Part shown: piece after piece, positions 25,177 through 36,559 of the stretch
How the letters are laid out: each line of letters begins with the position of its first letter
How positions within the stretch are numbered: the first letter of the stretch is position 1
Assembly: GCA_045837725.1 (NCBI GenBank)
Contig: JBEWZL010000257.1
Location: forward strand, 62,001-126,000
DNA: 64,000 bases
Reading direction: 5' to 3'
Source of the DNA: Vermamoeba vermiformis
Taxonomy: Eukaryota
The notes under the pieces: generated by a model
The model's input: the letters and a program-made list of their open reading frames with translations, nothing else
Database searches by the model: none
Told to the model about the DNA's origin: nothing
Program-made: the position numbers and the translations under genes

Positions 25177-27525
25177 ATGGCGGAGCAAGCACGAGTCGTA
25201 GGAAAACTACTTTCTTTGCGTGAGTACTGCCCAGTTAACAAAGTATATTCATTTTAATTGCGTCCATTAGATGCAAAATATTTTATTTAATTTTTAAAAT
25301 TACTAAGGAAGTGTCTCTAATCGATGTTATTTCATTCAGCTGTTGATCAGAAAGAAATTAAAGTTCAAGACCTTACCGCAGTGCTGAACAAATCAGAGGA
25401 GAAATTTCAACCGTGGGACGTATTTGAGTTATTTAGAGCATTTTATCCGTCGAAAATAGACGAGATTTCCGATACATCCGGTAATCCGACGGTTGCTGAT
25501 GCTGCCAACTCCCTTAAAGATCAAATTACAAAATACCAATATCTTTGGAGCAGTGTTTCTCAAGCGGCGGATGTAAATAGAGAAATAAATCATCAGTAAG
25601 TAGATCATGGTCTTTTTATTTCTGATCTAAAATTCTTTCTCCAGAGAGGTATCTCGAATATACCTCGAGGCGTCTAAAGAAGAAAGGTTGAAATACAAGC
25701 TATTTTATACGCGATTGTGGGAGCAAGCTGAAGAGTTAAGCCGCTCATTCAAATCCGTTCTTACCGAAATGGATCAAATCGACAACAATAGTAAAGCATC
25801 TCCGGTGATATCTACGGTAGGATTATATGCATATAACTATTTCATATTAATTTATTATATATGATAGATTTGTGAGTTACCAAAGGAGATCTGGTTTCAA
25901 ATTCTGGATCGGTTCACCAACGAATCTTTGCAACTGTGCGAGCCATTCATCAAAGCCACGTGCCATCCATTGAACGTAATTATGCGAGAATACAGGACTT
26001 CAAGATCAGGCTATCATAGTCTCGCTGTCGGATCTATCCTTTCGAACTCAGCTGCAAATGGCCATTTAAGTTGCGTCCAATTTTTGCACAGTGTTGGCAG
26101 AAAACTCAAACAAGACACGATATCAAAGGCTGCATTGTCGGGAAATTTCGAGTTGGTGAAATTCATTCATGAAACTGGAGTTAATGTCGATTGGCCGACA
26201 GTTCTGAATGCAGCGAAGAGCGGAAATTTCCAAGTATTTTCTTACGCTTATGAACACGTGGCAAAAGGTGCGGGACGTATCACCGATGTGGAACTGTCAC
26301 TCGGATGTCTTGAAGGCGGAGATCTCGACACGATCAAGGCTATGATTGACAAGCGGATTATGAGATTTGATGCGGCCGATCGATTTACAATCCTATTCAA
26401 GCACAAGCACGCGAAAGATATCATGCAATTGCTCATCGAACATGCTCCGACCATCGAGCACTGGAAGAGTAACACTGCATGGACCTTGTCTGCTTGCACC
26501 AACGGAAATTTCGCCTGTCTGAAGTACCTCATGGAACAAGGCTTTCAAGTGCACGAAGATTGTGCGTGTCAGCCTCATTCGCTCGAGTGCGTCAAGTACT
26601 TGTACGAGCGTAGTTTCTGGAACATGAAACTCATCGAGAATGCTGCTGTGATGGGCGCGCTTGATGTATTAGAGTTTGGCTACGAGGCAAGTACTGCTTT
26701 ATACTATACCTAGAATATTCAGCGATCACTTGATCGAAGAAACAAACTCAAGATCCGGATCCACAAAATTGACGAGATCCGGTTTTTTTTTTGTTCAACG
26801 TTTCAAATGCAACTCTATTAACGCTTATCATGGTATATTATGTACTTATAGTTTAATTAGGTCTGCCAGTATCCATTGACCAAGGCTGCAGCAAATGTGG
26901 CAATTCTTCGCCAACGCGATTCGTGTTTGGAATACCTATTGAACAACGACTGTCCAATTGACGAACAGTACATTTGGAAAGCAGCAGCAGTCTATGGCAC
27001 GGAAAAAAGTGTCAAACTGTTGTTCGCGAAAAAAGTTCCGTTCAACGCCGCAGTTTATTTTGAAGAGGCTTTAGCGTACTATCACAAGGACAAAAACAAG
27101 TCAATAGTCCTATGGGTGGCTCAACAAGGTGTTCCATTGCCCAACAATATCTGTGACTTGGCTGCCAGTGCAGGAAATCTCGATTTATTAGCGTACGCGT
27201 ACTCCTGTCGCAAACCGTTTAGCGCAGAAACAGCTAGAAAGGCAGTTGAAAGTCGTTCAGTGAAATGCTTGGAATTCGTGTTAGACCGTGGAGGTATGTC
27301 ACACTTTCCTTTTTTGGGTTATAACATTTTTTTTTCTTTGTAGCTGTAATGACCGAAGAGGCCCTGAGTGGGGCTGCTGCTTTTAATTGCGTGCCGTGCC
27401 TTGCAGTGCTATTAGAACGAGGTTGTCCTATTCCAAATGACATCGACATGATACTCGGACTCTCGGGATCAATAGAGGCTGGCAATTACTACCAAGATTT
27501 TCTAGCCAATAGGGCTAAAAAATAG
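25177..27525 (+). CDS. F-box plus degenerate ankyrin-repeat protein
   Basis: F-box-like ELPKEIWFQILDRF at ~25874; repeats SAANGHLSCVQFLH, AALSGNFELVKFIH, AAKSGNFQVFSYAY and AASAGNLDLLAYAY; GC-AG intron 26687-26860. Confidence 0.75.
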
Positions 27526-27565
27526 ACTAATTTTGTAAAATATTTCCCCGCTTTTATTTGTACAT

Positions 27566-30500
27566 TTATTGCATTTGTGACATAACGCTTTCGAGTTGTG
27601 CAATGATGTGTTCGAAAGTAGGTCGTTGTGATGGTTCCATGTGCCAACAGCTCTTAATTACCAATGCGAGTTCACTTGGACACGTGTCAGGAAGGTGAGG
27701 TGTCAGTCCTGAGTCACGAATCTCTTGACCGACTTGAATGGGATCTTTGTCAACATGAGGCTCTTGTTGTGCGATGATCTCAAAGGCGACAATGCCAAAC
27801 GACCAAACATCGGATTTGGTGGAGTACTCTTTGCGCTTGAGTGACTCAGGAGACATCCATCGAATGGGTCCAAGTTCTGATTTGGTTGTGCCTCGTTGTT
27901 GTTCATCATCCACAATGCGTGACATGCCAAAGTCTGTCAGTTTCGCTTCGTTCTGATGCAACAACACATTTCTCGCAGCAACGTCACGATGAACAATGTT
28001 GTTTGAATGAAGATGTGACAGTCCTTTGCTGATGCCAATCAACCATTCGAGCTTTTGTTTCAGCGGAATTGATGTTTTGTCATTGAACAAGAGCTCGTCC
28101 AACGCACCTTGATTGCAGTACTCGAGCACCAACACGATGCTGTCTGTCTCTGGATGCACACTGAAGCCAAGAAGTTGCACCACATTGGGATGAGGTCGAA
28201 GTTGCATCATCAATGAGAGTTCACTGATCACACTGTTGTTCGCTTGAGTCATGCTCAGTTTGAGTGCCACTGATGTGTTCTTCCAGCTGCCTTTGAACAC
28301 TTGACCGCTGCCTCCTTGTCCGAGCTGCTCGTGGAATGTGAGGTCAGAGAACGGAATGAGCCATTGTCCGTATTGATTTTCGAGACCAATCACTGATGCT
28401 CTGTTGCCTCTGTTCTTTTTCTTCTTTTGCCTTCTGATCAAGAAGAACGCCACTAACGCACCTGCAATGAGAACAGCGCCAACTGGTACCACGATAGCGA
28501 CAATCAGTGTTGCATTGTCCTGACTCAACCCTTCTGGTGTAGCACTCTGATTGGTACCGGGCGTCAACTGACCAACTGTTTCTAATGAACTGAGATCAAT
28601 CAGTCTGACTGAGTTCGAGTAGAAGCCGTAGCTTTTGTCCTGGCCACCAGCAATCAGAATTAACTCTTTGTCGCCCACAGTGACAGGTGTCATGACTGAC
28701 GGGTGAATGTAGCCCGTGATTCCAGGCACAGAGTTCCATGTCTGTTGATCCACCAAGCCGTAATAATCGAAGCCATCACTATCGCCATAACTGATCAATA
28801 AGAGTGATCCGCTCGTTGCCATTGAAGCGCCGGAAGAAGTGGCTCGAGAGAATAACAACAGACCTTGTTGTTGATCGTCAATGTTCCACGTGTAAATTGA
28901 CTTTTTCGTCGTTGAGATTAAGATCCGATTGGCTTGTTTGTTGTGAATAATTTGCAGGGGAATTGTTTTGTCTGCAATCATGCTGAAATCTGTAACTCCG
29001 TGGTTGACAATGCGCAGTCGTAATACATCGGTGGTCGTGTACGCAATGCCTTCAACAGTCACAACCATGGGGCTAATGGACGCGCCTGGCAGAGTGTAGT
29101 TGTAAGGATCGAGCAGCTGTTCGTCCCATTGATCCGTGGCCACATCGAATGTTAGGCGATGTGTGCTCGTGAAGACTGTGAGTTTGTCGTCCATATTGAA
29201 TGCTTGGTTGTAAAACGCAGGTTCGCTGGGATAAGGAAACGTCGTTGAATTGAGCCACTGGCCAGTCTGGTAGTTGTAAATGTCCAGTTGATCCGATACG
29301 TTGGTTTGTAACACTCCGCCGCTGGTCACAAAGAAGTTATTGCCTTGAGCGAACCACACTGAATCGCTGTTAAACGTATTGCCCGTGTTGGTGAAGAGGT
29401 TGCTGTATGTCGGTGTGAGGGTTGAGAACGCTTTTCCATTGCTGAAGTCGAACAAAATGTTGTTGAAGCACAGTTGCGGGATGAAAGGCATTATAGTCGT
29501 TGCCATCAAGGCTAGTGTTGAGTTGTACTTGTATAGGTTATATGTGTCGGGCACTTTCACAGTTGCATAAAGCTGATCGGGTACCGGATGCGACAAAACG
29601 AGGCCTTGAATTAGAGTCCGTGGTGTGTATTTCACATTGCAATTGTTGAATAGGTAGATGCCATCGAATGTCGCAAAAACATAGCCATTGGATGGCCACT
29701 CGAGAGCTGCTACAGTGCGCCCAACTAGCGTAACATTGCCACTCGGAGTCCAAGCTCCATTGTCAAAACAATACATTGTAGCGTATAGAGGGTAGTTGAC
29801 AAAGTAGGCGAGGTGATCTTGATAGGCAACTGAAGCAACGATAGGTCGTTCGGTACTGGAGAATACTGGATCTGCTCGAGGATTGCTCCAGTCAACGGTG
29901 TAGTATCCAGATGAAGTGAAGATGAATGTGAAGCCAGGCACACTTAGGGCATTGGTAGCGTTCATAATCGTTATATTGAGCCACGTCGAGGTATTGATGT
30001 TGAATAAGACGTAGTCACCAACATTGTTAGTGGCCGTCATGATATTGTTCGTAACGGCAACTGAATACTGGCCTCTAGGAATGTAGCCTATTGGATTGAT
30101 CGCGTTCTCATAGTGAGTCAGGTTCGATGAGTCGATGTCGAAGAGCCAAGCATCAGTGAGTGGTTGACGAGATGACACGTTGACACCTCCAAACATGAAA
30201 ATCAAGTTCTCGTGGTTGAATACAACTGTGCCTGCAATATGCATCATAAGGTTATCGAGATCGGAGTTTGTAATCCATCCGTCTCCCGTCTTCGTTAGTT
30301 GCAAAAATTTGGCTTGGTTTGATCCGAGCAAGACCAATGTAGAGCCGTGTAGAGAGATTTGAATGGGTCGGTATATACCTAACTCAGGCATCTTTTGCAA
30401 GCTGTCCGAGCCAGCATCATACTGATAAGCCGCTGTTGTAAAAGTCATTTCCCAACCGCCCAAAAAGTAGATGTGCGGGGAAACTACGGCAGGAGTTACA

Positions 30501-30748
30501 TAAAATCGCGGTGAAGGCAGAGATAGTGTACTGTTCCACGTTTGTGTAGCGATATCGAAGACATCGATTGTGGATGACGGTTGATTTGTGGTCGTCAATC
30601 CACCTGCCAAGTAGATCTTGCCGTCTACTTCGACGGAAGTGAATGCTGTTCGCGGAGATGATAATAAGAACTCTTTTTGCAGCAGGTCCTGTGAAAGAAC
30701 GTTCCAGGACAAAGCGAGAATCAAGATGAAACTAATTAACTGCATCAT
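27566..30748 (-). CDS. Receptor-type tyrosine-kinase-like kinase with Kelch ectodomain (intronless, 1060 aa)
   Basis: Signal peptide; Kelch motifs KIYLAGG, IFMFGG and ILIAGG; TM LIVAIVVPVGAVLIAGALVAFFLI; kinase motifs GQGGSG, VALK, HRDVAARN, DFG and GPIRWMSPE. Confidence 0.92.
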   Translation of the reverse strand: MMQLISFILILALSWNVLSQDLLQKEFLLSSPRTAFTSVEVDGKIYLAGGLTTTNQPSSTIDVFDIATQTWNSTLSLPSPRFYVTPAVVSPHIYFLGGWEMTFTTAAYQYDAGSDSLQKMPELGIYRPIQISLHGSTLVLLGSNQAKFLQLTKTGDGWITNSDLDNLMMHIAGTVVFNHENLIFMFGGVNVSSRQPLTDAWLFDIDSSNLTHYENAINPIGYIPRGQYSVAVTNNIMTATNNVGDYVLFNINTSTWLNITIMNATNALSVPGFTFIFTSSGYYTVDWSNPRADPVFSSTERPIVASVAYQDHLAYFVNYPLYATMYCFDNGAWTPSGNVTLVGRTVAALEWPSNGYVFATFDGIYLFNNCNVKYTPRTLIQGLVLSHPVPDQLYATVKVPDTYNLYKYNSTLALMATTIMPFIPQLCFNNILFDFSNGKAFSTLTPTYSNLFTNTGNTFNSDSVWFAQGNNFFVTSGGVLQTNVSDQLDIYNYQTGQWLNSTTFPYPSEPAFYNQAFNMDDKLTVFTSTHRLTFDVATDQWDEQLLDPYNYTLPGASISPMVVTVEGIAYTTTDVLRLRIVNHGVTDFSMIADKTIPLQIIHNKQANRILISTTKKSIYTWNIDDQQQGLLLFSRATSSGASMATSGSLLLISYGDSDGFDYYGLVDQQTWNSVPGITGYIHPSVMTPVTVGDKELILIAGGQDKSYGFYSNSVRLIDLSSLETVGQLTPGTNQSATPEGLSQDNATLIVAIVVPVGAVLIAGALVAFFLIRRQKKKKNRGNRASVIGLENQYGQWLIPFSDLTFHEQLGQGGSGQVFKGSWKNTSVALKLSMTQANNSVISELSLMMQLRPHPNVVQLLGFSVHPETDSIVLVLEYCNQGALDELLFNDKTSIPLKQKLEWLIGISKGLSHLHSNNIVHRDVAARNVLLHQNEAKLTDFGMSRIVDDEQQRGTTKSELGPIRWMSPESLKRKEYSTKSDVWSFGIVAFEIIAQQEPHVDKDPIQVGQEIRDSGLTPHLPDTCPSELALVIKSCWHMEPSQRPTFEHIIAQLESVMSQMQ

Positions 30749-31187
30749 CGATTCACATGTAACTGATGTAAGTTCGATTAATAAAATGGATGAAAACGGG
30801 AGAAAATTATTAATTGCTTACTATGGCACTACGCTGAAGATAAGTAGACCTGATCTAGCACTTGAATATTTCGCAACGAGCACCTGATTCCTTCGCCTCC
30901 TGAAAAAGAGATGTGTATGAGCTTTGTTGAAGTAATAAATAGATTTCTTTACCGAACGCGTGTTGCTGCTTGTCGGCAATTAAAATAAAACAAAATTTTG
31001 TGCGCACAAAAATGAAACTTTCTTGTGACAAAAGTCTCATCCGCATGCGGATGAAAAATTATAGCTAGCTAGCCACCGAAGATGTTTATTATTATTAGTA
31101 CCTTTGCTTTCACGGTTTCTAGTCTTCGTGCACGATATCGTATTTTCAGGCGTTGCTAAAATTGTTGTGAAAGAAGATCCCATCGTC

Positions 31188-34100
31188 TCATATCCGCTTT
31201 GCTACGTCTTCAAGTTGTGAAGTGATTTGTTCAAAGCTGGGTCGTTGTGATGGTTCCATGTGCCAACAGCTCATGATCACCGATGCCAAGTCATTCGGAC
31301 ACGTGTCAGGAAGGTGAGGGGTCAGTCCTGAGTCACGAATCTCTTGACCGACTTGAATGGGATCTTTGTCAATGTGAGGCTCTTGTTGTGCAACGATCTC
31401 AAAGGCGACAATGCCAAACGACCAAATGTCTGTGAAATGATAGCAACGTTAGCATCAGCTGAGTAAATGAAAGCTGGAATTATCTACCTGACTTAGTAGA
31501 GTACTCTTTGCGCTTGAGTGACTCAGGAGACATCCATCGAATGGGTCCAAGTTCTGATTTGGTTGTGCCTCGTTGTTGTTCATCATCCACAATGCGTGAC
31601 ATGCCAAAGTCTGTCAGTTTCGCTTCATTCTGATGCAACAACACGTTTCTCGCAGCAACGTCACGATGAACAATGTTGTTTGAGTGAAGATGTGACAGTC
31701 CTTTGCTGATGCCAATCAACCATTCGAGCTTTTGGTTCAACGGAATGTCGCTCTTCTTGTCAAACAAGAGCTCATCCAACGCACCTTGATTGCAGTACTC
31801 GAGCACCAACACGATGCTGTCTGTCTCTGGATGCATACTGAAACCAAGAAGTTGCACCACATTGGGATGAGGTCGAAGTTGCATCATCAGCGAGAGTTCA
31901 CTGATCACACTGTTGTTCGCTTGAGTCATGCTCAGTTTGAGTGCCACTGATGTGTTCTTCCAACTGCCTTTGAATACTTGACCACTTCCTCCTCGTCCGA
32001 GTTGCTCGTGGAATGTGAGATCAGAGAACGGAATGAACCATTGTCCATATTGACTTGAGAGACCGATGGTTGACATGGAAGTGCTGCGGCTCTTCCTCTT
32101 CTTGTGTCTTCTGATCAAGAAGAACGCCACTAACGCACCTGCAATGACAGCGGCGCCAACTGGTACCACGATAGCGACGATCAGCGTTGTTTCGTAGGAG
32201 TTGTCTTGTCGGCCAGGCGTGACAGAACTTGCGCTCGGAATAGTTTCGTTGGCTACAACAGGGGCTGCTGGTGGGCTTAAATCAAGGATTTTGACCGAGT
32301 CTGTGAAAAATTGAAACTCTTTGTCCATGCCACCGGCGATGACTACAAAGTCTCGACCTTTGGCATTAAGTCCTCTCATTACCGCTGGACGGACGTAGTT
32401 TGCAACACCAGGGACCGAGTACCATTGCGATGTCAAAAGATTGCAGTAGTCGATTGCATTGAGGTTGTTGTAGGCACTAGCCACAAAGAAAGCACCGCTA
32501 GAGCCTGTCAAAACCTCTGTGCCGTCAAATCGTGGGAGCAAAAATATCTCTTTCTGTCGAGTGTCGATATTCCAAGTGTAGATTAAATTTCTTGACGTTG
32601 TTATGAAGAGCTGATTGGACCATTCATTGTAGATCATTTGAAAAGGAATTTCTTGGTCAGTGATCAAGTCGAACGTTATGGCACCGTGGCTAACAATTCT
32701 GAGTCGTAGAGCATTCACCATTGTGTACACAGTGTCGTTGATTTCCAGCGCCATGGGACTGATGTTTGCGAAAGGCAAAGCGATGCTCTCGTTCAAAGCC
32801 TCTTCGAGCCACGAGTTGATAGTGACGTTGAACTTCAACAACTTATCGTTGGCAAAAATCGCAAGCACGCCATCCATATTAAACGCCTGAGCGTAACCGT
32901 TTGTTTGACTGAGCGCAGGATGCGATGTTGAATTGAGCCACATGTTAGTCTTGTAGTTGTAAATATCCACTTGCTCTGAGATACCGATAGTGGCTGAGCC
33001 CACGCTAAGGGCAACAAAGAACTGCCCGCTCCAGGCCCATTTAGTCCGAGCGTCAAATGGAGCAGTGTCGGTGAAGATTGAACTTGGAGTCGAAAGCGTT
33101 GTGAGAGAGAACGCCTTCCTGAAGAGAAATTGAAATACGATGTTGTCAAAGCAAGCTTCAGGGACAAGAGGCACGTCCATTGATCCGAGGTAAGCCAGCG
33201 TTGAGTCATATTTGTGCAAACTCGAATTGCTGCCTGTACTTGGCACTGCAACGTAGAGCTGATCCGGTACTGGATGCGATACAACAACACTTCGGATTTG
33301 CTGCCGAGCTGTGAATATCAGGCTGCAGTTGTTGAATAGATAGACGCCATCAGAGGTCGCAAATACTGTGCCATAGGAAGGCCATTCAAGCGTTGTGATT
33401 ATGGTTGAAATGCTGGGTGCACCGCTGCTACTCGTGGTCCAAACTCCAGCACTAAAACAATGCATCACAACTGTCGCCTGGTCGTTGACAAAATAAGCAG
33501 CTGTATCAGTGAATCCCAGCGAATAAACAACTGGTCCCGTAGAACTGAAGAATGTGGGATCTGCTCGAGGGTTGTTCCAGTCAACGGTGTAGTATCCAGA
33601 TGAAGTGAAGATGAATGTGAAGCCAGGCACACTGATGACGTTGGTAGCATTTGCAGTCACATTGATCCACGTAGAGGTGTTGATATTGAACATATTTGTA
33701 AGGACACCTCTATTTGTCCATGCAGCCAAAATATTGTTTGAGACAGAGCAACTGTATTCATCGCTTCGTACGTAACCTGTTGGAGTGATTGCATTCGCAA
33801 AGCGAGTTAGGTTCGATGAGTCAATGTCGAAGAGCCAAGCATCAGTGAGTGGTTGACGTGATGACACGTTGACACCTCCAAACATGAAAATCAAGTTCTC
33901 GTGGCTGAATACAATCGATCCTGCTGCTCGCTCCATGGTGCCATCAAGCTCATCGACAGACCACCATCCACTTCCGGCATCCGTTAGATTTACAAAAGCG
34001 GCATTTTGAGATCCGAGAACGACTAATGTTACTCCATAAATAGACATTTGAAGAGGTTGTTGAATGGGCACCACGGGCAGAGCTTGCAAAGAGACGGACT

Positions 34101-34431
34101 GGGAGTCGTAGAGATACGGCACGGTAGCAAAAGTGACGTTCCATCCGCTCACAAAATAAATGTGCGGAGAAACCACCGCAGGGGAAACGAAGGCGCGGGG
34201 TGAGGGCATAGTTAACGTGTCGTTCCATGTTTGGGTGGCTATATCAAAGACATCGATCGTGGATGACACTCGATTCCCATTTCTAAATCCACCTGCCAAG
34301 TAGATCTTGCTATCCACTTCGATAGAGGTGAACGCTGAACGAGGAGATGACAATAATAACTCTTCTTTTAAGCCTTGCGGAACAACGTCCCAGGGTAGGA
34401 GCAGGATCAAAATGCAACACGCGATCCACAT
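31188..34431 (-). CDS. Tandem paralog: Kelch-ectodomain receptor TKL kinase with one intron (31430-31487)
   Basis: Same architecture as 27566-30748. TCAG|gtagat...cacag|AC restores STKSDIWSFG; stop TGA at 31188-31190. Confidence 0.9.
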
Positions 34432-34771
34432 CCTGCACAAAAAATCTTTTGTTATTTTAGCATATAAAAAAATGCATAAAAATAAGATTAATTACCACAA
34501 ATTGTGCTTTTATTAATCACCGAATGGATCAATTGAGATATCGGGACTCGTTGAATCACTGCCTACAATATCCGTTAGCGCAAGTAATACATCGGCACAT
34601 CTGGCTTACTAAACATCAGTTTGGGTTCTTTTGACATTTGAATGAAGCGTAAATGTTGTTCAGTTCACATCGCACCAGAGAAGAAATTTCGTTACCCCGA
34701 TCTGGCTCAAGCCTATGCGTAACTAGATATCAATTAGTTATTATATTAGGACAGTATAATGCACGTCTTAC

Positions 34772-36377
34772 TTAGATCTTGGCTGATTTACATTCCCCGC
34801 TACAACTGCCCGGATAAGTACTGTTGGCATTGTCGCTCATGCACGTGTTCGTCAACTGTTGCAAATTGTTTGAAAGCCTTGAAATTTCATTGTGCAGCAG
34901 TGGCATGTTCGTCGTGGTGTCTATTCGTCCAGATAATGCCACTAACAACGCCAATGTCATTTGAAGCACGTGATGCTCGTCCGTTGGGCTCAATGCCTGG
35001 CCATGTGCGCGAGCATTTTTCCATTTCTCCGCCACTGTTTTGTAAATATGTGTTCGTTTAAGTTCATCTTGCATATCGGCAATGACTGTCACGTGCTCTT
35101 TGGGAAGCTTGTCCATCAACGTCAAATAATCTTGAAATTTGTTGAGAATGGAGGTGTCCATATTTTGAATGCCCAAGTCAATGATTGCATCAATATCATT
35201 GCCAAGCTTTTTCTCAATGATCTTTTGCTCGAGCAATTGTTCTTTGAACTTTCGGATGTGAACTCCCGATCCAAGCATTCTGCACATGACGCTCAGAGGT
35301 TGACTACCGAGTATTAGTATTGCCTACACTATAACGTGTATACTTACATTGAGCGCGACATGACTAAATAACCACGCGATTTGTTCGTATCGGGGTCGAC
35401 CGGAATCATGGCCTGAAATAGCTGCTTCAGCGGGATCCAATGCGGAGGGTACTGACAACCATGAGTATTTATTCGACGAGAGCTTCTGACTTACTTTAAA
35501 CCTTGCAACGTCCATGATTAGAACCAAGTCTTGTTCCTCGTTGTATCCACCAATCGGTGAGAAATGTCCCGCACCGGTCTGCCCGAGAGCGGATCGAAGG
35601 TAGCTAAATTCAACATTCAACTTCTGTTACGTGATCATCAATATGTTTAACATACCTCACAACGATATGCTGGTCAGACCTCCTACTAGTCTCTTTAACC
35701 ATTGCTCGGAACTCTTCTTCAGAGCTGTGCACAACACTCGTAAATTCGATGAATGTCACGATTTTTTAAAGCCAATGGTTCATTTTTGTTGGCTTTAATT
35801 CACCTTACCTTTCACTCGCGCGAATCATATTGCATGCAGCACCGTTGCATCGAGCCAAACAAGCGAATTCAGGCAGTGTCAAGCCAGTCTTTTTGATTTC
35901 TTCAAGATCTTTACAGCAGTCGAGCATCTCTTCGCTGGTATGCCGTAAGATAATTATAAAAATACTCTAATACGTACCCAAACCAACGCCACGGTCCTTT
36001 CCAAAGTCTGTTCGGATCTATTGATAAGCTAACGAGCAAGAGTTAAATTGACACTTTTAGAAGGCTCGCAAAAAATATATACCTATTTAATACCATGACT
36101 AGTGTTCCAAGCCCGCAATATGCTGGCTCTGATTGAGTATGGAAATGCGCAGCAAGGCTAAAGAATATTATAATTATTTTGATTTAAATTAAATAATCGA
36201 AGCTCACCTAAAATAGCCCTCCATATATCCTGTAATTGATCTAAATTAGCAAAAATAATTATTAGATATTTTCTTACCTTCCGCTAAGGCTTCACGAAAG
36301 ATCTGCTTTCCACGATCGGATCCAAATTCAACAGCGGACTCTGGCAGTGGTCGTCGATAAAATGAACTATTATGCAT
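34772..36377 (-). CDS. PCS: Phytochelatin synthase (glutathione gamma-glutamylcysteinyltransferase)
   Basis: [17 protein letters not shown] (catalytic Cys), [21 protein letters not shown] (His), MDVARFKYPPHW (Asp). The start may extend upstream. Confidence 0.95.
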
Positions 36378-36559
36378 AATAGTTGATGCTTTGTGCTGTA
36401 ATTAACTGCAGGACGGAATTCAATTTTCTATTTTTCGTAACTTTAGGCGATGTTCGAAAAAAATGTTAATATGACCCGGTCCTGGGGTCGAAATCTTCCG
36501 CTATCTTGCTTTAAGAAGTGCATTATTTACTACAAATATTCAAGCGTAAACGAGTTTCA

